Assembly: GCA_963716255.1 (NCBI GenBank)
Contig: OY970303.1
Span: forward strand, 2,336,001 to 2,400,000
Direction: 5' to 3'
DNA: 64,000 bases
DNA from: an uncultured Gemmatimonadales bacterium
GTDB lineage: Bacteria > Gemmatimonadota > Gemmatimonadetes > Longimicrobiales > Longimicrobiaceae
Part shown: positions 21,300 to 60,600 of the stretch, in pieces
How the letters are laid out: each line of letters opens with the position of its first letter
How positions within the stretch are numbered: the first letter of the stretch is position 1
Program-made: the position numbers and the translations under genes
The notes under the pieces: generated by a model
The model's input: only the letters and a program-made list of their open reading frames with translations
What the model was told of the DNA's origin: nothing
Database searches by the model: none

Positions 21300-21908
21300 C
21301 TACGAGCCTTCAAGCCCGATCCGCACCCACTCCGGTACCGGCCGGCCCGTGCCCCTGTACATGGCTTCGTAGTGCTCCAGGATGGAATGCCGTGCCGCTG
21401 CCCGGTGTTCTTCTGGCAGGTTCAGCACGGAGGCGTCTACAACCTCTAGCATCAGCTCGGGCGGCAACTCCTCCCCTTCGTCCTCCGCATACCGGTCCAG
21501 CCCGACCCGGAGCCATTCCGGCGGCTCCATGCCGCCCTGTGCGTAGATCCCCGCAAACAGGTTCAGCAAATCCCGCATCGCATCTGACCGCTCCGCTTCG
21601 GGTAGGTCCGCGACGATGCTTTCCACCGTGTCCAGCATCAGCCCCGTCGTGGGCCGCTGCCACAGTGGGTCGCGAAGTTCTACACCGCGGCTGAAGTACC
21701 ACCGGGGCCGGACAAGCCACAGCGGGGCCGCGTACCCGTTCCGGTGCAACAGGTCGATCAGCCAGTCCAGCGCCTCCACCAGCTCCACCGCGCGGCGCTC
21801 TCGCGGCACTTCAAACGATGCGGCGTAGATCCCGAACGTGAGTAGCCGTTGCACACGCTCCGGGAGCTTCCGCAGCCGCTTCAGCTTCCGCCTCTTGTCT
21901 CCGGCCAT
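21300..21908 (-). CDS. Hypothetical protein with three helical (L/V)Px(2-3)R...Gx3PxW repeats
   Basis: Repeats VPRERR...GYAAPLW, LPEAERSDA...GMEPPEW, LPEEHRAAA...GRPVPEW; start at 21908 or 21926. Confidence 0.75.
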   Translation of the reverse strand: MAGDKRRKLKRLRKLPERVQRLLTFGIYAASFEVPRERRAVELVEALDWLIDLLHRNGYAAPLWLVRPRWYFSRGVELRDPLWQRPTTGLMLDTVESIVADLPEAERSDAMRDLLNLFAGIYAQGGMEPPEWLRVGLDRYAEDEGEELPPELMLEVVDASVLNLPEEHRAAARHSILEHYEAMYRGTGRPVPEWVRIGLEGS

Positions 21909-21993
21909 GCGCCCCCGCAGATTCACCAGTGTACCAGCGCCAATATTTTACGAATCTTACGCGGTAGCGTAGACGCCGCCAAGGGGAGACATC

Positions 21994-22371
21994 ATGTCTA
22001 CCCCTGAACGGAGCGTGTCAGTAGCAGTGTTGAGGGACGCAGCGGCGCAGGCGAGAGCAGCGCACGGCCTACGGAAGACCGCTCGCGAGATCGGCATGAC
22101 GGCGCCGGGGCTACAAGCCTTCTTGGACGGGACCGACCCGCAGCCCGCGACCGTTGCCAGGCTGACGGCGTGGTATCTCCGCACGGCTGCGGAGCGCGGC
22201 GACGTGGTGACAGGACCGACCGCACGGGCGGCGGTGCGGCTGCTGGTGGACTTCCTCCCGCCGAAGGAACGGACGGAAGCGTTGCGGGCGATCCGGCGCG
22301 AGCTGGAGAAGCAAGCGAAAGCGGCGGGTGTGCCGGTGCCGGATTGGGTGGACGATCTACAGGAGCCGTGA
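21994..22371 (+). CDS. Putative HTH DNA-binding protein with one C-terminal LP...PxW repeat
   Basis: RBS GGGGAG; GLRKTAREIGMTAPGLQAFLDGTDP HTH-like; C-terminus LPPKERTEA...GVPVPDW. Confidence 0.75.
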   Translation: MSTPERSVSVAVLRDAAAQARAAHGLRKTAREIGMTAPGLQAFLDGTDPQPATVARLTAWYLRTAAERGDVVTGPTARAAVRLLVDFLPPKERTEALRAIRRELEKQAKAAGVPVPDWVDDLQEP

Positions 22372-22373
22372 CA

Positions 22374-22571
22374 ATGGGTAAACTACGTCAGTTGCGGGCT
22401 CGTTTCGGCACATGGCGCCTGGTGCTCGGGGCCGTTCTTGCCGTGAATGCCGTTGCCGGTGCTGTAGAAGGAGGGATGCCAGCGGTCCGCTTCTGGCTAC
22501 TCACCATGATTGCTGTAGGGGTAGCGATCTCAGCGCTGGTTCTCTTGGAGAAGCGCATCCGAGCGCGATAA
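22374..22571 (+). CDS. Small 2-TM membrane protein (65 aa)
   Basis: RBS AGGAG at 22361; MGKLRQLRARFGTWRLVLGAVLAVNAVAG...FWLLTMIAVGVAISALVLLEKRIRAR. Confidence 0.6.
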   Translation: MGKLRQLRARFGTWRLVLGAVLAVNAVAGAVEGGMPAVRFWLLTMIAVGVAISALVLLEKRIRAR

Positions 22572-22584
22572 CAGATACAACAGG

Positions 22585-22622
22585 CGAGCCCCGGCGGGAC
22601 TATCCCGGCCGGGGCTCGTTTT
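22585..22622 (+). terminator. Rho-independent terminator abutting the right IR
   Basis: CGAGCCCCGGC-GGGA-CTA-TCCC-G-GCCGGGGCTCG followed by TTTT. Confidence 0.75.
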
Positions 22623-22641
22623 CGTCAAGTACATACTTCCG

Positions 22642-22770
22642 AAACCAAATGCGCCACGGCACCTCATTCATCATCGGCACGGACCCCCCTGGCCTCATCC
22701 GTTGCATCATCGGAATGGCTTCTACCTTCCACTCCTTACCGTTTCGCTTGTCCGTCCACGTTCGTTCCAT
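22642..22770 (-). pseudogene. 5' half of the cassette gene interrupted by the IS1595 transposon
   Basis: RBS GAGGAGG, ATG 22770, MERTWTDKRNGKEWKVEA...WRIWF; continues in frame at 17824. Confidence 0.85.
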
Positions 22771-23088
22771 CTCGTTCCTCCTCGATCGGAGCCGAGGTGG
22801 GTGGGTGCCCTCCTCGGTTGCTGATTCACCACTTGTCTCATTGAGCAGCAACTTAGATCGAACCTGGCTTCGAGGAACATGATGATTTTGGAAGTAGACT
22901 TCGTAGGACACTTGTTGTGAGAGGTTGTGGACTGTCTCACCGCCAAGGGGGTTCGAACCTCGCCACCTTATTTCGTCTCCAAGATCCGGGGGATGATCAC
23001 CGAGCATCTCCATAATCGAGTAGCCCTCTTCTGTGGCAATCGCTACCATGCCGCGCATCGCATTCACACTTTCAACCCGGCCTCTCAC
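22771..23088 (-). CDS. Hypothetical protein, first cassette ORF after attI; no stop before the next gene's ATG
   Basis: RBS AGGAGG before GTG 23088; MRGRVESVNAMRGMVAIATEEGYSIMEMLG...YEVYFQNHHV; the frame runs on into ATG 22770. Confidence 0.6.
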
Positions 23089-23189
23089 AGAGCCCTCCTG
23101 GTTCTCTACACGTGGATGCTGGGGGCTTACCCTCTCGCTGGGTAAGGTCCAACTGCGGCTGCAGCGATGCTTGCCCAACGGCCTAACTA

Positions 23190-24180
23190 ACGCGATGTGC
23201 AGGTTTCGGTGAGAAGAGGTCCATGGCAGGGAACCGGCAGGACCAAGTGGTTGCGACGCCGCTTGATCCCTGTGCAGGAGCACCACCATGGACCTCGAGA
23301 CCTTCCTCACCGCCGTGTACTGCCTGACAGACGACTTCCTCGCGGGGCAGAAGCTACGCCAGCGGGGACCCCAGCCAACGCTCTGCGACAGCGAGGTGCT
23401 GACCATGGAGATCGCGGGCGAGTTCCTGGGGATCGACACCGATACAGGGCTCTTCCGCTACTTCCGCCGGCACCACGCGGTGCTGTTTCCGAAGCTGCAA
23501 ACCGTGCACCGCACCACCTTCACTCGCCAGGCGGCGAACCTCTGGGCCGTCAAGCGGGCCCTCTGGCAGCACCTTCTCGGCGTGGTGGAGCACGCCCCCT
23601 GGCTGGTGGTGCTGGACAGCTTGCCAGTGCCGGTCTGCCGCTTCGCCCGAGCGACCTTCTGCCAGCGCTTGCGGGACATCTCGGCTTACGGGCACGATCC
23701 CGTGGCCCGGCAGACTTTCTTCGGACTGCGCGCACACCTCAGGATCAGTTGGCCAGGCATCATCAGCGCGTTCGACCTGGCACCTGCCAACGTCGCTGAT
23801 TCGGTGATGGCACCCGAGATCCTGGACCGTGTCCAAGGGTGGGCACTTGGAGACCGGGCCTACTGGAGCCCACCTCTGCGCGAGGATCTCGCCGCGCGGG
23901 CCCTGCGGTTACTGGCGCCCTTCCGAAGCAAGAAGCACGAGAGGGAGCCCTGGCCGTTCTGGTTGTTGATCAAGCGGCGCCGAATCGAGACTGTCATCGC
24001 TCAGCTCGTCGAGCGCTTCCACCTGGCACGCGTCTGGGCACGAGACGGCTGGCATCTGTGCTCACGCATGCTCCGCAAGATCCTCAGCCACACCGTTGCT
24101 GTCCTGCTCTGCCAGTGTGCTGGATTAGCGCCTCTGCGCTTCGATGCGCTGCTCGATTCCTGAAAACCTGCACATCGCGT
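23190..24180 (+). mobile_element. IS982-family insertion sequence (991 bp)
   Basis: 17-bp IRs ACGCGATGTGCAGGTTT (23190-23206 and 24164-24180); 6-bp TSD TAACTA (23184-23189 and 24181-24186). Confidence 0.92.
23288..24163 (+). CDS. IS982-family DDE transposase
   Basis: LCDSEVLTM, VLDSLPVPVC, FFGLRAHL, LGDRAYWS, RRRIETVIAQL; 291 aa. Confidence 0.9.
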   Translation: MDLETFLTAVYCLTDDFLAGQKLRQRGPQPTLCDSEVLTMEIAGEFLGIDTDTGLFRYFRRHHAVLFPKLQTVHRTTFTRQAANLWAVKRALWQHLLGVVEHAPWLVVLDSLPVPVCRFARATFCQRLRDISAYGHDPVARQTFFGLRAHLRISWPGIISAFDLAPANVADSVMAPEILDRVQGWALGDRAYWSPPLREDLAARALRLLAPFRSKKHEREPWPFWLLIKRRRIETVIAQLVERFHLARVWARDGWHLCSRMLRKILSHTVAVLLCQCAGLAPLRFDALLDS

Positions 24181-24303
24181 TAACTATGTATTAAGTAGCC
24201 AGATTTCCATCTAACATATAACCCAGATTATGCCCAAGCTATTGCAAGCACAGCATTTCAGCGAAATAGCAGAGCTGCGAACCTGGCCAGATTTCCATCT
24301 AAC
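24181..24303 (-). other. attI: Integron attI region, split from its 3' bases (23173-23189) by IS982
   Basis: Empty-site reconstruction on the minus strand: CTTAATACATA-GTTAGGC. AT-rich, upstream of and divergent from the intI remnant; contains an 18-bp direct repeat GTTAGATGGAAATCTGGC. Confidence 0.65.
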
Positions 24304-24422
24304 CCACCGTAGCTACGCGTTCTGGCGTCCGCCAACCTCCCTAATACCTAGTGCTTACCCTGCCGAAACCGGACAACTCGGATTCGGTCGCAATCTGTGT
24401 CCCGCCACACCCTCCCTGCAAG

Positions 24423-24575
24423 ATGGATGAGCCCACCCAAGCTACTAGACCAGGTCCACGAAGCATCGCACCTCCGGCGTTGCTCGGGCACAAGGACGTG
24501 CGCACCACCCTGATCTACACGCACGTGCTGAATCGCGGCGGCAGAGGTGTGCGGAGTCCGCTGGACGCTGCCTGA
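24423..24575 (+). pseudogene. intI: Integron integrase remnant (N-terminus joined to C-terminus)
   Basis: [29 protein letters not shown] is the characteristic IntI C-terminus (catalytic H and Y); only ~50 aa remain. Confidence 0.88.
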
Positions 24576-25081
24576 CGCCGTCGCCGACGCGGAGACGGAC
24601 CGTGCGCTGCGCGTGCGGTGACACTCCACCGAGAAGCGAAGGCCCCGACACCGGCTCCGGCGTCGGGACCTCCCATCACGCCCGCGGCGCTCCGGATGCT
24701 ACCGCCGATAGAGCGAGTTGAAGAACGGCTTCAAGGCAAAGCGCAGGCTCCCCGCGCATCAAGATACTGGCAATCAACGGTTTACCACCGCACCCGACGC
24801 ATCTCCTGCGGACCAGCGCTACACGCGGCGTGACAAACAGGAATCTGCGACAACTCTCCTCTGATCGGCAGGAGAACATGCTCCGCCTTGCCAGAGATCC
24901 AAGGAGTTCCAATGTTGGAACTGTCACGAACGGAACTGCCAAGAGTGGAATTTGGGTTGTCCCATATGGAATCATAGATGAACAAGGAGGTCCGGCGGGT
25001 ACGGTCCGGGCACGTGTACCCAGTCGAGTCCGGAGAGCACTGGCTCCTGCCGCATTCTCCGGACCCGATCTCGAGCCGCTT

Positions 25082-54661
<29,580 letters not shown>

Positions 54662-54695
54662 GTGCGGCAATGGCAATGTTGAAGGATCGCGGACT

Positions 54696-57600
54696 CTACC
54701 GCGCTGCACGGTCCGGGGTCGCCTCGACGTCCGGGTCCTTCTCGGGGTCCAGCTCCAGGTGCTCCGTCATCTGATCGGCGTCGAGGGTGCCGATCAGCCG
54801 GTCCTCCACGATCCTGGTCAGGGCCTCCACCGTGGGCAGCTCGAACATGGCACTCAACGGCACCTCGATGCCCAGCGTCTTCCGCAGCCGTGAGACCACC
54901 TGCGTCGCCAGCAGCGAGTGCCCACCCAGCTCGAAGAAGTTCTCCGTCACTCCCACGCGCTCCAGCCCCAGCAGCTCCGCCCAGATCTCCGCGACCAGCT
55001 CCTCCACCGCCGTACGCGGCGCCACGTATTCCTCTTCGGACGGGCGCTCCGGCGCAGGCAGCGCACGCCTGTCGATCTTGCCGTTGGGCGTCACCGGCAG
55101 CTGCTCCAGCACCACGAACGCTCCGGGTACCATGTACTCCGGCAGCCGCTCCGCCAGGTATGCCCGCAGCCGCGCCAGGTGCCCGCGCAGCTCGGCCGCT
55201 GTGAGCTCCGCCCCCGCCTCGCCCGTCACGTACGCCACCAGCCGCGGCTGCCCCGGAACGTCCTCCCGCAGCAGCACGGTCGCCTCCCTCACCTGCCCAT
55301 GCCCTCGCAGGGTCGCCTCGATCTCCCCCAGCTCCACCCGGTAGCCGCGCACCTTCACCTGGTGGTCCGTCCGCCCCAGGAACTCCACCTCCCCGTCCGC
55401 GCGCCGCCGACCCACGTCCCCCGTCCGGTACAGCCGCGCGCCCGCAACGCCCCGGTGCGGGTCCGGGAGGAAGCGCTCCGCCGTCAGCTCGGGCCTGCCC
55501 AGGTAGCCGCGCGCCATCCCCGCCCCACCGATGTACAGCTCCCCGGCCACCCCCACCGGAACCGGCTCCAGGCCCGCGTCCAGCACGTACAGCTGCGTGT
55601 TCGCCACCGCGCGCCCAATCGGCGGGTCGCCCCCCTCCCACGAGTACGCGCTGGAGGTCATGCGGATCCCCGCCTCCGTCGCCCCGTACCCGTTGAAGAA
55701 GCGACGCCCCGTGCCCCACCGCTTCACCAGCTCCGCCGCCAGCACTTCGCCACCGGTGACGATGGTCTTCAACTCCGGCAGCGCCTCCACCGGCGTGACC
55801 GCCAGCGCCGAGGGCATGATCTTCAGGTGCGTGATCCGCTGCTCCCTCAACACCCGCAGCAGGTCCTCGCCCGGCAGCAGCGCCTCGCGGCGGGCAAGCA
55901 CCAGCTCCGCCCCGTTGCACAGCGCCGTGAAGATGTCGGCCACCGAGGCGTCGAAGAACAGCGGCGCGTACGCCAGGTTCCGCTCGCCGGGAGCGGCGCC
56001 GTAGACGCGGCCCAGCTCCAGAAAGGTGTTGCCCACGCCGCGGTGGTCGCAGAGCACGCCCTTGGGTCGGCCCGTGGACCCCGAGGTGTAGATGACGTAG
56101 GCCAGGTTGTCGGGATGGACGCCGGTGGCTGGCGCCTCCTCGCTCTCCCGCGCGATACGCTCGGCTTCGGCGTCCACCCGGAACAGCGGCACCCCCCAGT
56201 CCTCCAGGCGCTCCGCCAGCGCGGCCTGCGTGAGCAGGAGAAGCGGGGCGGCGTCGCCCAGCACGTAGGCGCGCCGCTCGGCCGGCAGCTCGGGGTCGAG
56301 CGGCAGGTAGACGCCGCCGGCCAGGAGCACCCCCAGCACGGCCACGACCATCTCCGGGGCCGCCTCCATGCAGATGCCCACGCGGACCTCGGGGCCGACG
56401 CCCCGGCGGCGCAGCAGGTTGGCGAGCCGGCACGAGCGCGCGTACAGCTCGGCATAGGTGAGGCCCTGCCCCTGGAAGCGCAGGGCCGGGGCGTCCGGGG
56501 TGCGCAGCACCTGGGCGTGGACGAGCTCGTGGATGCACAGCTCGCCGGTGTAGCCGGTGTCGACCCCGTTCCAGGCGTGCAGCAGTTGCGCGCGCTCGGG
56601 CCCGCGCAGCAGCGGCACCTCGGAGAGGCGACGCCCGGGCGCGGAGACCATGGCTTCCAGCAGCACCTCCAGGTGAGCGGCCATGCGCACCACCGTCTCC
56701 GCCTCGAACAGCCCCGCCCGGTAGGTGAGCGTGCCCCCGAGCCCCTCCTCCGCCTCCGTCATCGTCAGGGTGAGGTCGAACCGGGCGGTCCGCTCGCCTC
56801 CCCCGAACGGCTCCAGCCGCACATCACCCAGCGACAGCGCGTCGCGCATGCTGGAGCGTTCGAGCGCGAAGATCACCTGGAAGAGCGGTGCGTGCGTCGG
56901 GCTGCGGTCCGTGACCAGCTCGTCCACCAGGCGCTCGAAGGGGAGCTCCTGGTGCTCGAACGCTCCCAGGGCCGTCTCCCGCACCTGGTCCAGCAGCTCC
57001 GTCCAGGTGGGGTCGGCGCCCAGGTGGGCCCGCAGGGCGAGCATGTTCACGAAGAAGCCGATCAGCCCCTCGGTTTCGCGGTGGCTGCGGCCCGCGATGG
57101 GGCTGCCGACGACCACGTCGTCCTGCCCCGCATAGCGCCCCAGCAGGCTCTGCCAGCCGGCCAGCAGCGTCATGAACAGCGTCGTCCCCGCGCGCCGAGA
57201 GAGCTCCCGCAGCCCCTGCGACACCCCGGTGGACAGGACGAACCGGTGCGCCCCCGCGCGAGCCTTCCGCCAGGCGCAGCGCGGTCGATCCGTGGGGAGG
57301 GTCAGCAGCGGCGGAGAGCCCTCCAGTTTGTCCCGCCAGAAGCCGAGCTGCTCCTCCAGCACGGCACCACTCATCCACCGGCGCTGCCACACGGCGTAGT
57401 CGGCGTACTGTACCGGCAGCTCCGGCAGCCGCGGCGTCTCTCCGCGGGTGAAGGCCGCGTACAGCGCCGAGACCTCGCGCACCAGCACCTGCATGCTCCA
57501 CGCGTCGCTGACCACGTGGTGCATGGTGAAGCAGAGCACGTGGTCCTCCTTCCCCAGGCGCAGCAGCGTGCCGCGCAGAAGCGGACCCCGCGTCAGGTCG

Positions 57601-60600
57601 AACGGGCGCAGCGATTCCTCGCCCGCGAGCCACCGCGCCGCCGCCTCGCGCTCCGGCGCCGGCAGCTCCCGCAGGTCCACCATGGGCAGTGGCACCGGGG
57701 CGGCCGGGCGAATCACCTGCACGGGCGCACCGTCCTGCTCCGCGAAGACCGTACGCAGCGACTCGTGCCGCCGCACCAGCGCGTCCAGGCTCGCCCGCAG
57801 CGCGGCCGTGTCCAGCCCGCCGTGCAGCCGCAGCGCGGAGAACAGGTTGTAGGCGGGGCTCCGCGGGTCCAGCTGGTCCACCACCCACAGCCGCTGTTGC
57901 CCGAAGGACACGGGAAGCGGCCCCTCACGGGAGACCCGCTCGATCGGCGGCCCGGCCACCGCGCCGGTGCTCCGCAGCACCTCGATGCGCCTGGCGAGTC
58001 CGGCGACGGTGGGCGCCTCGAACAGCGCGCGCAGCGGCACCTCCACCCCGAACGCCTGCCGGACCCGCGAGACCACCCGCATCGCGAGCAGCGAGTGCCC
58101 GCCCAGGTCGAAGAAGCTCTCCTCCACGCCCACCCGCTCGGTCCCCAGCAGCTCCGCCCAGATCCCCGCCAGTACCTCCTCGACCACCGTCCACGGCCCC
58201 ACGTAGGCGGCGCTCTGCGGCTCCGGCGCGGGCAGCGCCCGCCGGTCGACCTTTCCGTTGGGGGTAAGCGGAATGCTCTCCAGCACCACGAACGCGCCCG
58301 GCACCATGTGCTCCGGGAGGCGCTCCCGCAGCGCGGCGCGCAGCTCCGCCGCCGTCGACGAAGCTCCTTCCTCGGCCACCACGTAGGCCACCAGGCGCCG
58401 GTCGCCCTGCGGGGCCTCGCGCACCACCGCCACAGCCTCGCGCACCCGCGGCTGCGCCCGCAGCGCCGCCTCGATCTCGCCCAGCTCGATGCGGAAGCCC
58501 CGCACCTTCACCTGCTGGTCCGTCCGCCCCAGGTACTCCAGCCGGCCGTCCGCCCTCCGGCGCACCCGGTCGCCTGTGCGGTACAGGCGCGCACTGCTGC
58601 CCGGCTCGCGCGAGAAGGCGTCCGGGACGAACCGCTCGGCCGTCAGCTCCGGACGGCCCAGGTAGCCCCGCGCCACCCCTTCACCGCCGATGAAAAGCTC
58701 CCCGGGCACGCCCGCCGGCACCGGCTCCAGGCTCCCGTCCAGCAGGTAGAGCCGGGTGTTGGCGATCGGCGCCCCGATCGACACCGCGCCCGCCCCGGGC
58801 TCCACGCGCTCCACGGTGGACCAGATGGTCGTTTCGGTGGGCCCGTACAGGTTCCACAGCTCGCCGGTCACACCGAGCAGCCGGTCCGCCAGCTCCCGCG
58901 GCAGCGCCTCGCCCCCGCACAGCGCCTTCAGCCCCGGCGCCCCCTCCCACCCGGCGTCCAGCAGCATCCGCCAGCTCGCCGGGGTGGCCTGCATGATGGT
59001 GGCCCCGCTCGACTCGATCGCTTCCCGCAGCCGGGCCCCGTCGGAAGCCGTCTCCCGGTCCGCGAGCACCACGCGCGCCCCCGTCGTCAGCGGGAGGAAC
59101 AGCTCCAGCGCGGCGATGTCGAAGGAAAGCGTCGTGACCGCCAGCAGCGTGTCGCCTGCCGTGAGCCCCGGGCGCAGGCGCATGCTGTCCAGGAAGTTGA
59201 CCACGGCGCGGTGCGGGACGACGACGCCCTTGGGGGTGCCGGTGGAGCCGGAGGTGTAGATCACGTACGCCGCGTTCCCCGCGCCCACCGCACCCGGGGG
59301 CGGCGTGGACGGCTCGTCTGCCGCGTCCGCGGCCTCGTCGGTGTCGAGGCACAGCCGGACCCCGGCGAACGGCGGAAGCGCGGCGGCGAGGCGCGACTGC
59401 ACGAGCAGCACGGAGGCGCCCGAGTCGCCGAGCATGTAGGCCAGCCGCTCGGGCGGATAGGAGGGGTCCAGCGGCAGGTAGGCGGCGCCGGCCTTGAGCA
59501 CCGCGAGCAGACCCACCACCATCTCCAGGCCGCGCTCCACGCACAGCCCGACGCGCGCCTCCGGCTTCACGCCGAGGGCCACCAGGCGGTGCGCCAGCCG
59601 GTTGGAGCGACCCTCCAGCTCGGCGTAGGTCAGCGTTCCGCCCCTGGCGACGACCGCCACCGCCTCCGGGGTGCGCGCCGCCTGGTCGGCGACCAGCTCG
59701 TGGACGCAGCGCTCGCGGGGGAAGTCGACGGACGTGGCGTTCCACGCCTCCAGCACCCGCTCGCGCTCGGCCCCACGCAGCAGCGAGGCCTCGGAGGTCC
59801 TCCGCTCGGGAGCCTCCACCATGGCCTCCAGCAGCGCCTCAAGGTGCTCCGCCATGCGCGCGATCGTCCCCGTCTCGAAGAGCGCTTCGCGGTATTCGAG
59901 GGCCGCCCCGAGCGCTCCCGGCCGGTCCGACACCACCAGGCCCAGGTCGTACCTCGCCACTCCCCCCTGGGCCCTGAACGATGCCAGCTCCAGCTCTCCC
60001 AGCGACAGCTGCTCCCGCTCATCCAGCCGGTTCAGCGCGAAGGTCGCCTGGAAGACGGGCGAGTGCGTGAGGCTGCGCTCGATCGCCAGCTCCTCGACCA
60101 GCCGCTCGAAGGGCAGCTCCTGGTGCGCATACGCCCCGAGCGCGCTCCCGCGCACCCGCTCCAGCAGCTCGCCCCAGGTGGGGTCGCCCGAGAGGTCGCC
60201 GCGAAGCGCCAGCATGTTGACGAAGAAGCCGATCAGCCCCTCCGTTTCCGCGCGCGTGCGGCCGGCGATGGGGGTGCCCACCACCACGTCGTCCTGCCCG
60301 GCGTAGCGTCCCAGCAGCGCCTGCCACGCGGCGAGGACGGTCATGAACAGCGTGGCCCCCTCGCGCCGGGAGAGCGCCCGCAGCCCGTCCGACACCCCGG
60401 CAGGCAGGAGGAAGGGAAGGCTCGCCTCGCGCGGGCTCAGCCCCACCCGGCGCGGGTGGTCCAGCGGAATCTCCAGCAGCGGCGGCGCATCCGCCAGCTT
60501 CTCCTTCCAGAAGCCGATCTGCGCCTCCAGCCACTCGCCGCGCAGCCGGTCGCGCTGCCAGACGGCGTAGTCGGCGTACTGCACCGGCAGCTCCGGCAGG

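Larger units (their letters stand above)
17833..22641 (+). mobile_element. IS1595-family transposon with passenger genes (4809 bp)
   Basis: Perfect 22-bp IRs CGGAAGTATGTACTTGACGAAA (17833-17854 and 22620-22641); 8-bp TSD AAACCAAA (17825-17832 and 22642-22649); intact transposase; interrupts an ORF that can be rejoined. Confidence 0.95.

Noticed and set aside
22775..22860. Possible attC between the first two cassette ORFs
   Set aside because: No RYYYAAC...GTTRRRY palindrome found.
22600..23439. 279-aa ORF in the track
   Set aside because: A chimera of IS982 antisense sequence, two cassette ORFs and the transposon end; not a single gene.
24600..25080. Lower-GC patch with short ORFs between intI and the TE end
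   Set aside because: No recognisable motif, RBS or structure that I can support.
55145..55195. Short duplication LRGHLAR-LRAYLAE in the A subdomain
   Set aside because: In-frame ~7-aa recombination or slippage scar, probably neutral.
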